DNA of 64,000 nucleotides from Ascidiella aspersa. Taxonomy: Eukaryota. Of this stretch, positions 52,434 to 64,000 are shown in pieces (the stretch's first letter is position 1; every line of letters begins with the position of its first letter). The translations under genes and the position numbers were made by a program. The notes under the pieces are model-generated. The model made no database searches. It had not been told where the DNA came from and was given only the letters and a program-made list of their open reading frames with translations. The stretch spans positions 14,756,001 to 14,820,000 of the forward strand of contig OZ004612.1 of NCBI GenBank assembly GCA_963924565.1, in the 5' to 3' direction.

Positions 52434-53555
52434 CGGGGAAAGCGGGACAAAACGGAGCCCTCACTTTTCTCATTAACGAAAATTGCCAGCGTCAATATTT
52501 GTTTGCTAAACAGTGACTATCGTCGAAAAAACATTTGTGGCCAAAACGAGGCAGATTCGATTTCGCACAAACCAGGGAGGGGAGAAAATGTGTTTGGGGG
52601 ATATTGATATAAGGATAGCGCAGTAAATGATGCGTTTTGTTACTAAAGTTGAAGTAAAGGCGAAGTTACGTTTTTTCTAAATAATTTGTAGGTAAGGGTT
52701 TGTTTATTAATCCGAAACAGTTGGCTTTTTAACGTGAAAGATATTAAAGAAATCAGGTTTTATACAATAAATGGTGTTGGGGCAAAACGGACCCCAAGCG
52801 GGGCAAAACAGACCCCTCACAACTCAATCCGTTATTACTAGCGCATAACTGCCCTTAAAACTGCACTGTTCGTTTTTTATTAGCCTTTCAGTAAGGCAAT
52901 TAATTGGAACTATAATTAAATAACATATCATTGTTTTATATCTTTAGATCAGTTTTGCAGGAAGGCCAAATAATCAGAATTTTACCAAGATAAAGATCTA
53001 TTGTAAAAAAGCTCGATTGATATTTGTTTTTACACTTGAGTTGGTAGGCCAATACCTACATTTAAGAGGAATATAAGGCAGTTTACGTACGACCTATATG
53101 CATAACCATGTAGGCCTAATTAACTTATATATAGTTGCAATGCTACGTTATTTTGGTTTTCTTGTATGATTTGGCCTACTTTTGTAAAATATTTTTTACC
53201 CATAATGCGCCATGTAAACCATTACATAAATTATGACGTCACGTTGTGACGTAACTCGTGACAATATCTCTAAAACTTTGTAGGCGCCCTTTAAACACAA
53301 ATTCTTCATTCGGCAATTTCACACAACAAGGCAATTAAATTATATTTTCTTAGTGGGGTCCGTTTTGCCCCGTGTAAAAATCGACAACAAAGGTTAATTT
53401 ATTCAGAAGGTATGCTGCTTTTAGTTGTTTTTTTAGCATAGAAGTAACTTTCAGTAGGACCTTTCAATTGATACCCTACTCATCAAAAAATATTTTGCGA
53501 AACTCGAAATATAGCATTTATCCCTTAAGGGGTCCGTTTTACCCCGCCTTCCCCC
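52434..53555. mobile_element. ~1.1 kb non-autonomous DNA transposon (MITE) with GGGG-rich TIRs
   Basis: TIR ggggaaagcgggacaaaacggagccc / ggggtccgttttaccccgccttcccc. The motif ggggcaaaacggacccc repeats internally near 52779 and 52800, and inverted near 53354. Confidence 0.75.
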
Positions 53556-55186
53556 ATGCAGCTGTTGTGTGCATATTTACCAGATACACTAATCACCATT
53601 TATTTTAATTCCATTTAGTCTAAACTGGACAAGCTGTCTCAAGATTTCAACGTAGCCTATATAGCCTGCATAGGTTTGTTGCCGTCTAAGGTCGGTTTGC
53701 GGATAGCTCACAATTAAAACACGTCTCGAAAGTAAAACTGTCGAATAGTTGGGGTTAAAATAATATTGCGCAAAATCGACTACATCGGGATAGTTGCCAT
53801 GCTAACTACGGTATAAGGACACACAGGTCTATATAGAATCGGGAAATGGGAGGACAATTTTAAACAGCGTTTTTTTTACCTAAAGCGTCTTGCTGGCTAA
53901 AATCGGTACCGGTAGGCTACGTCAATTAATTATTAATTCAATGATTTTATGTAAACACTTTATGCTGATTGTCAACTGATCATTTGCTTTCCAAATGTGC
54001 GTATGCCGTTTAGTTAGATTTTTATACCCTCTTTAAAAGTTTGTCTTTAAATTTTGTCAGGGTTTTGTAGAGGGCATAACTTATTACCGACTAAGGGCTT
54101 TTGTGTTTACGGTGCAATTTACGCTGTATCGGCTTATGTCACAGAATTATTGTCTACGTCTACTCGCACCAAAGTGTAAAGTGCTTAATGGCTTGTTCCG
54201 CATTTTCTCTGTGCGGTCAGCATTTGGATTTGTGTACTAAACTAACTTCTTCTTAGCTATCGACTGGTGCTGTTTACAGCGTTGATTGGTTTCGCCGATC
54301 TATAATTTGAAACTGGTTGTTCGTTCATCAACTAATACAATTCTAATAACCTGAACGTCTTGTGGCGGCTTGCGAGTTAGATACGCACCTTAAAAGTTGG
54401 AGTCAGAAAGAAAGCGTCAATTAGAACGCTTTTTGTTGAATAAACTAATATAAGTTCAACAAACTAAACTCGTGCCCCACAGTTTACCGAAATCGATGAC
54501 AGGGTGTTTTTAAATCGGTCAGGGTTATGGTCTTTGAGCAAAACGTTAAAATCGGTAACGGACAGTCCGCCAACGTTGACGGTGCCACTCTATCAGTAAC
54601 AGGTTGACACCAATTAATGTCAGGCACTGATCGCTATTCTTATAGATTTGTAGCAGGGTGTCACCAAATTTGTTAACAGGTGTCAGTGATTTGGTGTAAT
54701 GTAACTGATTGTATGGTAGTAAAATGTAAACCCATGTTGCAATTGTGTCAACACTGACCTCCATCCATAGAGATAAGTGACTGCCATAGGCGTAGTGACA
54801 CCGTGTTACCAGTTTGGTGTCACCTGTCAACGATTTGTGACACCCCTGATTACGCTCTGTTTCAGCCATTACACCCTAGTGTCGGAAAGAAAAACAATAG
54901 CACTGTGTTATTGGGAATACATAGAATATAAACATCCAGACCCCATGCGCAATGATTGGGATCTTTCTTTACATATCTTAGATACAGCAGTCAGCAAGTA
55001 TTTAGTTACAAAAGTTCAAGTCATCGTCAAGACGCCTGCATTTAAGCAACGGCGTATATGTCGTTGATTTAAGTATAAGCGACTAACTTTGGTGCTGCGG
55101 TCTCGGATCCTAACGCTTTTTTAAAGTAACAAAACTAGTTGTCACACTTGAAACTGCAAGTAAGAAATGAACATGGAAGAATAAAT

Positions 55187-55461
55187 GGCGCTCTTTCACA
55201 CTATTGTACGTAAAAATTAATAAAAAAATTTTTTTCTTCAAATGCTACATACCGCAACACATATTGTTTGGGTTAGGGTGCGGGTTAGCGTTTGGTTGAG
55301 GGTGGGTCAAGTTATTATTAATAATAAACATAATAATACTTGACCCACCCTCACCCAAACGCTAACCCTCACCCTAACCCAAACAATATGCGTTGCGGTA
55401 TGCGGTATTATTATTATTTTATTTTTGCATAACTTTTCACGTACATTAATGAAAGAGCGCC
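55187..55461. mobile_element. Foldback (fully palindromic) MITE with GG...CC ends and 8-bp TSD (Merlin/Mutator-like)
   Basis: Arms ggcgctctttca...gggttagggtgcgggttagcgtttgg...caagttattatt / aataatacttgaccc...tgaaagagcgcc. Perfect TSD gaataaat at 55179-55186 and 55462-55469. Partial copies near 7470-7530 and 9060-9120. Confidence 0.88.
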
Positions 55462-56523
55462 GAATAAATATAACAATTATAGTTGACCCACCCATGAAAC
55501 GCCTATGAACATATTCACCCAAATAGTGTTAGCATAACCATCCTCAATGAAAATATGGCAGGAATCATCGCCCAATCAGAAAATGGAATTTTCCACAGCT
55601 TTACCTTGTTTCAGAAATGGTTTCCCAACCTGTTTAATTTACTTGTTTGCATGGTTAATAGGCTCTGCCCATTTAATAGTAAATATAAGCAAAAGTGGAT
55701 AAAACGTAAACAATCTATTATAACATGGCCTTAATTAAACAGTCACAAAACTTTAAATAATTTGTATTTTCAATAGAACTTGTTGAGAGCGACATCTGTA
55801 TTTGTTATTTAACAGGTTTGTTTTGTGTGTGCATTCAAAAAGTTTGTTTAAACATGTTCTGTCATGTTTTCTATCCTGTGCATCTTGCTCGTTAACTGAC
55901 CTGTTAATCCCTAAGGCATTCGTTTTACCTAGACGTTAGTCGTATCCAAATTCTACTGCAAACCGGCCATCGATTTGCATGCCATACTGGCTAGATGTGT
56001 TTTTACTGTGCTGTAACCTGTTTTAATTGAAGTGAGCTATGCTAAGATTTTTAAATTTACAATATATTTATAAGTGACCTGCGACAGTATGCCCTTTGAA
56101 ATGCAATGGCAGTTTGTTTTAGTCTCGATTTAGTTGAGTTCAGATAACATGCTGGTCATGTCTCCTTGTTGAAATATACAACCTGCACCCCTTTGAAAAT
56201 GAATATGCACCTGTTTTTTTTCATTATGTTATAATGGCGGGGTGCACTTGTGACCTTAGTTGCACGTTTGGTCGCCCAAATTTTTTCGGCTGTGCACCTG
56301 TGAGATCCCGTTGAGATTTGCCATACTTTCTAGACGGGTTTAATGGGTGCACCAAAGGTCAAAAGTGTACCCTGCCATGTTGCTAACCGTGGATTCCGAG
56401 TGCACGGCTGAAAAACAGGGGTGAAATTTTCCAAATTATTGCATACCTATAAGCAAGCTAGGTAAATATTCATTTTACACAAAATAATACATATGTTGTT
56501 AAAAGAAAAGTTGTAATTATATA

Positions 56524-57324
56524 ATGGAGTTTGACACTGACATATTTTGCCAAGAAAGGGATATTATTCTCAAGATACGAGAACTCAACACTCACATTGT
56601 CTGTGGACTATGCGCTGGATATTTCATCGATGCAACAACAATTTCTGAATGTTCACATACATTTTGCAAGAGTTGTATTGTTAAGCACCTACAAACAAAA
56701 AAATCCTGCCCGGAATGTGGGCAAAAAATTCACGAAACTCAACCACTCCTTAATCTTCGAAGCGATCGTGTTATGCAGGATGTAGTTTATAAACTGGTGC
56801 CAAATCTTTTTCAAAATGAACAGCAAAGAGAATCTGATTTCTGTCGAGTTCGAGGCACAGACTTTGCTTTGAGCCGTAGTCATTTGCTAAATATTGGAAC
56901 TCCACTGAAATATACCCAGCAGAAAGTGCTGAAAGATTTTGTTGATCTCATGATACCTACCTTGGATGCTCAGAAAGTACCGAATCTTCATGAGGCACAT
57001 CTATATTCACATGATGAAAAAATCACATTTAGATTGTGTGCAAAAAAAGAAAAACAAGATCAAATAAACAATCGAGATGATTACAAACTTAAAACTGGCA
57101 AAGAAAAGTTTGTTCGTTGTCCAATTCGGGCTACAGTATATCATTTACTTTGCGTTTTAAAAAAAATTCTGCATAATGATAACAAGCAGCATATAATCAC
57201 TCTTACCTGTTGTGGTGTTTTGCTTTTTGAATCATGTACCATAAAACATGTACTTCTTTTGAATTGGTATAGTTCAGATAAGTATTCTGAAGATATTCCT
57301 TTAATCGAATATGAAATTAGCTAG
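56524..57324 (+). CDS. PCGF1: Polycomb group RING finger protein 1 (PRC1.1 subunit), intronless, 266 aa
   Basis: C3HC4 RING KIRELNTHIVCGLCAGYFIDATTISECSHTFCKSCIVKHL...CPEC...KIHETQPLLNLRSDRVMQDVVYKLVP, closely matching PCGF1 (IHETQPLLNLKLDRVMQDIVYKLVP). C-terminal RAWUL-like segment KFVRCPIRATVYHL. Confidence 0.92.
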   Translation: MEFDTDIFCQERDIILKIRELNTHIVCGLCAGYFIDATTISECSHTFCKSCIVKHLQTKKSCPECGQKIHETQPLLNLRSDRVMQDVVYKLVPNLFQNEQQRESDFCRVRGTDFALSRSHLLNIGTPLKYTQQKVLKDFVDLMIPTLDAQKVPNLHEAHLYSHDEKITFRLCAKKEKQDQINNRDDYKLKTGKEKFVRCPIRATVYHLLCVLKKILHNDNKQHIITLTCCGVLLFESCTIKHVLLLNWYSSDKYSEDIPLIEYEIS

Positions 57325-57719
57325 CTACATTTTTTTTTAAAGTTACCTTCGCTATTCCAATACAGAAATTTGCCTTACATTTGTGCATATGTACATATAT
57401 ATGTAAATTTCATTTCATGTTTTTTGTGATTTGTGCTGCTTATCAACATGCAAAACACAATGAGCTGTGATCGTTTCTCGACCAACTTACACTAAACCTG
57501 CATCTAGCTTATTTGGTATAGCAGTGGTGTCCGAAGCCTTTGGTTCAAACCTCATTACAGGCTATTTTATTGCCTTGCATTGGTTGTACTTTAATTCTGA
57601 TTAGACTGATTGATATAGCATCTGGTTATTTTAAATATGTATTTATATTTTGCCGTAGGTTATTCCTGCAAGGTATAAAGTGATAAAAGCATTTTTGAAA
57701 TCTGACATCTGAACAAAGT

Positions 57720-60700
57720 ATGCGTTTTTTGCAGAAAGTTGTGTATTATGACATGACCTTGGCAATGTTGTCATTATTGTGCTTCTTTTTACTTGTGCTT
57801 AAGAGTGATGCAAGCACACATTGGGTGGTTACAGAAGATGGTAGAATTCAACAGCAGGTATTGTAAATCATTGAGTATTTTAATATTAAAACTTCTTGAT
57901 GCTTAGCCAAAAATGATAGGATGTGAAATAATAGGTTGGACATGAATTCATCCTTCTCTCGTTAATTAGCTGCAAGTGTCGCTAATCAGTATTTTATATT
58001 TATTTGTTCCATCCCCAATTAAAAAATTATGTTTAAGAGATTTTGCACTAATGCATCAAGTAAAGTAAATCTATAATAATTTTAACAGCTAAGATTTTTT
58101 TAATGAGCAATAAGGTTAGACAGACCTATAGCTCTTCCTTTTAAAAAAAATTGCTGACCGCTACACTAGATAATATATACATTGTGGGTATTGCATAAAA
58201 ATAAAAGGAAACTTTCCCAATTTTTTTATTTGATATAAAAAAGTTGTAAAGGACATTAATGTTAGCAACAGATTCAAAATTATAAGATTAGCCTGACCTT
58301 TAATTTTACCTTGGTGTATTGGAAAAAATTATTTCTTACGCATGTTTTATAGCTGGAATCTCCCTTTGCAATGAAAAAGCCAGAAGATCTTGTGACTTTC
58401 ATGAGACAAGAAACAAGTCACCAAGTTTTAAAGGTAATTTTTGTAGTTGTTCGCATTGTATGTATTTTTGTTGGGCTTAAACTGTAAGTCTGTATACTAT
58501 TTGAATTTAAATCTAAGGTTTCTGTTTTGCTTTCAATTTATTAAAAAAAAAATTGAACAATACAAACTTATATTTTATTGTAAAATCGTGTTGCATCCCT
58601 GAGTTCTAAGGATCCGATATTGTCTTGAAACAATTCTAATTGCTACATTTTAAAATTCAAGCAAAATTACAATAGTTATCATTTTACAAAAATCTATGAG
58701 CATTTAACCCAGGGCTGCGGAGTCACTAAAGAGGGAACAGACAGTATTAAGACCAACGACATAATACAGCCAAATTCGCAGTAATTTCCAGTACAGTATA
58801 AGACCAAAATCGTCTCAATAGGACCTAAGTCTGTCAGAAAAGGGCCTAAATTATTTTGAATAAGACCTAAATTTATCAGAATAAGACCCAAATGAATCAG
58901 AATAAAGCCTAAATTCATCGGAATAAGTCCTAAATTCATCGGAAGAAGGCTTAAATGGCCAAAGTATCGCCCTAACCTGTCGGTAGAGGGTATGGGACGA
59001 TCAGGGGCCATTGGCCTGGAATAGTCGTTTTGGTGACTACTTTTGGACACCCTAGTCTGACCGGCGTCGCCCGCTGTTTTGGCACAGGATTTTTGGTCCT
59101 GAGTCCGGTTAAAAATAACCCAAGTCGACTCCTGAGTCTGACTCCTGTCAAAAAAATAAACCCGAGTCTGACTCCCGAGGTCGACTCCGGTCAAATGTGT
59201 TTGTGATTTTCCAAGTCCGGCCCTGACTCTAAAGCCTGTATTCAACCAATTTACGTAACTAAAATAACATGGATATTCAGAAATCCACTTATAGAGGTGT
59301 CATATCATTCATCCACCCAAAATATCTGGTTGGAAAATATTCCACCATATGCTAATACTCCTTTACAATTTCCAGTTGGTAGCCATACAAGTTTTAAAAT
59401 TTGGTACTACGCATGAACATGTCGGACTCGGGACTCTGGTAGTTTTATGTGGTCTTACTTGAGTCCCGAGTCAGACTCCGCAGCCCCGATTTGACCTAAT
59501 ACCTTTTAGAAATTAAATAACAGAAAATATTTTAAAAGAAAATGAATTGCAATGCTTTTTGTTAGAGTTAACTAAAGTCATCATTTTGAAAGTATTTTAT
59601 GGTAATATGATAAGAGCATAAACTTATTTTGTTTTGTTGCAATGACTAATATAGAAGAAGAGTATGCAACACATAAATAAAGGTTATAACATAAGATTAA
59701 TTTTTACAAAGTGCCATTGTTTTTATGGTACATTAAATATATGTCTTGCTAAAAGTGAAAATATTTCCTTTCAAGCAGATGAAACCAAATCAAGAGGTCA
59801 TCAACATTTTTATTCCTAAAACAACGCAGTGCTTTTAATAATGATGAATTTGCTATTTACTCTGATTTTTTCCTGAAGGACATGAAAGAAAAACTTCTCC
59901 AGGAACAGGAAGACATTGATTCAAATGAAGACAAGGACACTGATTTGGAGAGCAGACATTACAGGAGAGATCCTGACTGCCGAGCTGCTGGTATTGCCAA
60001 ACAACTGTTAATGGTTGACTTAATTATTCAATCCTTCCTATTTTAAATAAAATAAGAATTCTGTATGTATTAACCCCCTTTAATGTTTTTTTTATGTAAC
60101 TTTAATATAAAGGCATAAAATTTTATTTGTTACAAAAGATTAGTTAGTCAGGCAGTAACACCAGCACAATTAATTCAAAAATTAGTGGTTCGCTGTCCTG
60201 CTGTTTGTGGTGTGGTGTACATGTCATGGCTTAGGTAAATTTCTGCCAATGCGTAGGCTTATGACTAACTCTGTTTTGTTATTGTTAGCGTAAATGGTGA
60301 TCGGTTTCTGGCTAAATAGTAATAGTGATTTTCCTAAATTTTCTGATTAGTTTGATGCAATTATTCCGGTAACATATTCATCTGTCGGATGTGTAATATG
60401 CTATTACCTTTGATTTCCTATAGGTAAACAACTTCCTGATTTTGATCTCTATGTTAGCTCTGTTGTCCCATTGGAACATAAAAACATTGAGGTTTGTAGA
60501 ATATATTCTGTTTTATATTGCCCCTTATATTTTATTTTTGCATCAAAGATTTTACAGAAATTCTATACATAAACATAATATAAATTAAAAAACAGCTTCT
60601 CCGGTAATTAATCAAAGTATTCTTTTGAATAACAAAATCTGCCTGAATCCGAATGGTTAAAACAAACGATTCTGGTTGCACATCAATGATAAAGAGTAAA

Positions 60701-63700
60701 CTAAGTATAGAACTTAGCAAACCGAAAATCAGTTTGTTTGTATGTAATAAAAAGATTAATATATTTTGCTATAAAGCATCTTCAGTATCTAAAAACATAA
60801 CACAACATAAGTCAAGAATACGCTATAAAAACCTAAACCAACTGTTCTAGGCAAGTGGTGCACTACGCAAGCCGCAACTGCTGCAACTAAATGACGATGC
60901 AATCAGTAAAGTGACGTAAACTGATAAGACAGATAAATGCGCGCCATGAGGTGCAAAATAAAAAAGAGGGCAAATAGAGAAAACTAAACAAAACAAAGTA
61001 AAACAGCAAAATAAAACACTATTTAAAACGAGGTGAAATTATTTTTTGGATGTTTATGCTAGCACCTGTGTGAGGACAAATGGCTTAACCTTATAAATGC
61101 TAGCATAAACATCCAAAAAATGATGTTTTTAGATACTGAAGATGCTTTATAGCGAAATATATTTATCTTTTTATTACATACAAACAAACTGATTTTCGGT
61201 TTGCTAAGTTCTCTACTTAGTTTAATCTTTCTCCGGTAATTGTAATAATAAACCTAATGTTAAATATTAGTTCACTTGTATTGTTATTTGGGTTATATAT
61301 TTCTGTGACCTGTATCTGAATTGAAACTTTAAAATATATTTTACTCTGAACTACGCTTGAAAATAAAGTGGCTAGATTTGCTAATATTTATCGTATGGTT
61401 AAATGAAAATTAAAGAATTTTACAGTAGAATAAAACTTATACAATTATTTTATTTTGGATTAAATACAATTAATAATATCTGATTTTTTAATATTTAGTT
61501 TTCTTGTTTATATTTAATATGATTGAATTTAATTATATAATTGTTTTATTATTCAAATGGTTTACAATCGTAAAAAAGCAAACTTTCAAATTTACCAATG
61601 TTTAACAAACCTATAACAAATTAGCTAAATTTTCTTAAATGCTACAACAAAAATGTGTTGAACGTTTTTTACTTGCTTATTTAGTGCACTTTATCTTTAT
61701 GTAGGATGGTTAGTTGCTCATAAAAGCTTTTTGAGGCAATACATTACTTATTTTTAAGTTGTAACTCGACTTACTGCCTAAAGTTTCCAATAAAAAAAAT
61801 TGTATAACAGTGTTCCTCAATTTTTGTTCTACCTGGCATGTCTTCTTTGCTCACTTTAAATAACAGGAGCTTTAATTCATTTTAAAACAGAGAAAATGTG
61901 TACAGTAACCGATTCAAATCAGTTACTCACAAACTATTTACACATGATTTATTATTATTAAAAACTTAGAGAGGACGTGTTCTGCTCGGGCTCATATATT
62001 TGATGAATTAAGAATATAAAAGATGTTTTGTGAAGCCCCTGAACATGAAGTGCTGTTTAACCAGGAAACCACTTGTTTAAAATACTACATCTATCCCTGT
62101 GTCTCGCAAAGTTTTGTATAAAACAGAAAACTGACAAGTGTTTTTTGTTGGTTTCAGATATTTGATTACATCAGTAAAACGGCTAAAGGGAAATTTGCAG
62201 AGCCAAACTGTTCTGATATTACAGAGCTTCCCTTCAGTATCCATGCATATGACCACTTAAAGGTATGAATTACTTGGAAAAATCCGTCAGTCAGTTTTGT
62301 GGCTATATAACATGGCTGGGCAACCTTTTCCAAGTCGGCGACTAAAACCAAACCAGCAAGGTCCAAGCAGGCCACACTAAATTCCCACTAATATTTAAGT
62401 TTGGTTAAAAACACTTTAGGTTAATTATCCCACATATTTATTGCTGCACAGAAATCCAGTTATGCCGTTTAGAAAATTCCGTTTAAGTTATGGTTAAGCA
62501 CAAAAACTGTGCGTTAATTTCTTGGTTGGACATTGGCAAAAACTTTTATTGTTGAGAGTTTCATGGTACATAGTGCGCCTTTAGGCTACGAGGATTCCCA
62601 CACACAAAGTAGAATAAAATTTGTGCAAAGCACTTTTGGGTAATATAGTTATATATATGGGGCATTGCCTTGTGCCTAGTTTAAAAAAGAGGCGACGGGC
62701 AGGATGATTTACGTTGAGGTTAGGCTTTGTTGCCCAACCCTGCTATATAACATATTTATTTAATGCCATTGATGGTTAGATTTATCTGTTATTTTCCTAC
62801 AACTAGCTAATGTTGTATTATCCAGGGAGTTCAAGAGCGCAAGACAATGTCACCGCAACCAATGCCAGGTTTAAAAGCAACCTTGCCCTTTCTTGTAGAT
62901 GAAAAAAATGCTGCAACAGTCATTCGAGAGGCCCTTTTAAAGGTTGTACTCCATTGTCAATGTTAGATATTTAAATTATAATTTATGAGTGAAACCTCAG
63001 TGTGCAACATGCATTCTTTATTTGATATCTTTTCTTCTGTAAATCAATTCCATTTAGGATAATAATTTTGTATCCCCTTTAGAACAAAACATCATGGGTG
63101 GCATACAACCTGGCCTCCCTCTACTGGAGAATGAAAGGAGATGCAAACGAGGCAATTGAGTGCATCAGGAGGGCTTTGCACTATTCTTTAGAAGAGAACA
63201 GAGATGTAGCACTGGTAAATCTGGCCAACATATTACACAGGTAATTTTATAGGTATCATGGTTGGGTATCGTTGCACTATTTTATTATTTTGGACGTAGC
63301 AACTTTGCAAGTTAATCTAAAACTGCAGTTCCGCAGATAGTAGGAATGCCTGCCTACTTTTTTTTTCGTTTGAAATCATATACCTAATTTGGTTGCTCCC
63401 AAGTTTTTTTCAGTTTTTACTGAGAAAGCAGAATCTGCAAACCGAATAAGATGTAGTACCCCCTATGGGATGTATTTATCCCTTATGTAAAACAATAGAA
63501 AAAGGGCTGAAGGATACTTCTGTGCTAGACTAACTTAATTTGTCGCATACTTAATTACTGCTAAAATATTTTAATGATTTGTATACCAAATTGGTTTCTT
63601 TATGCTTTTACGATAATATGAATATTTAGTACCGAATTTCGTTTTCTACCAATTTTTCCCCAAACTTTAACTAAACGTAACGCACGGGACACACGCGATG

Positions 63701-63903
63701 TATTCCAATATTTGACGGAAGGATTTTAATTACCGAACAATAGGTTTAGCGATATTAGCAAAAGGTGTGTGTGCACTTAATTTTATTTCCCCCGTTTTTT
63801 TAGGGCTCACTTTACGCTTAACGCAACCGCTTTGATGCACCACGTAATCGACATAACAGATGCTTACAACATCAACTACTTTTCGCTCGCCAATATGTAC
63901 GCG
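57720..63903 (+). CDS. TTC17: Tetratricopeptide repeat protein 17, 5' portion (continues beyond the window)
   Basis: Exons 57720-57857 (signal peptide + THWVVTEDGRIQQQ), 58353-58433, 59879-59990 (NEDKDTDLE...DPDC), 60424-60491, 62158-62262 (ELPFSIHAYDHL), 62826-62942, 63083-63240 (SWVAYNLASLYWRMKG...ALVNLANILHR), 63804-63903. Phases are consistent. Confidence 0.93.
58710..59488. mobile_element. hAT MITE family B with an internal insert carrying a 21-bp minisatellite
   Basis: TIR cagggctgcggagtc / gactccgcagccccg. TSD atttaacc / atttgacc (7/8). About 8 degenerate 21-bp units (taagacctaaatttatcagaa) at ~58799-58955. Confidence 0.85.
60691..61230. repeat. Nested inverted repeats in a TTC17 intron
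   Basis: 108-bp arms at 60691-60798 and 61123-61230 are near-perfect reverse complements. Inner perfect 24-bp arms at 61041-61064 and 61098-61121. Confidence 0.9.
62311..62742. mobile_element. hAT-family MITE
   Basis: TIR catggctgggcaac / gttgcccaaccctg. Perfect 8-bp TSD ctatataa at 62303-62310 and 62743-62750. Confidence 0.9.
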
Positions 63904-64000
63904 GTAAGTTGGTTTTTCTATTTGTTTTAAGTAAGTTGATGTCCGCTGTTTTAAGTCAGAAAGTCTTACCTACATATAACTCTATATTTAATTCGATAAA

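Noticed and set aside
55270-55380. TTAGGG-like motifs as interstitial telomere
   Set aside because: Only scattered units, and they lie inside a TSD-flanked foldback element.
58694-59245. 183-aa minus-strand ORF with NLGLI heptad repeats
   Set aside because: Translation of a 21-bp minisatellite inside a MITE within a TTC17 intron.

Overview
AT-rich eukaryotic (animal) genomic DNA with spliceosomal GT-AG introns. It is most likely from an invertebrate chordate such as an ascidian, inferred from gene content, compact introns, an operon-like gene pair and mosaic CpG depletion. Five plus-strand protein-coding genes were assembled by hand from splice sites. (1) The 3' end of a neurexin (LNS6, Cys-loop, stalk, TM, KDKEYYV). 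(2) A complete 11-exon FLVCR-family (SLC49) MFS transporter. (3) A complete 8-exon class II helical cytokine receptor (interferon/IL-10 receptor/tissue factor fold) that the ORF track largely misses. (4) An intronless PCGF1. (5) The 5' part of TTC17, starting only ~400 bp downstream of PCGF1. The most interesting signal is a vertebrate-like neurexin splice code: an 87-nt SS4-homologous cassette exon, plus an SS5-like region with a candidate GPI-anchor terminal exon (distant branch point, 151-nt AG-free zone, YCAY cluster) and nested in-frame acceptors. Also notable are the class II cytokine receptor with Box1 and paired ITIM-like motifs, and a Penelope retroelement remnant carrying a hammerhead ribozyme. 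Many MITEs (hAT, Harbinger-like, foldback) are present. All exon models are manual and unverified by transcripts.
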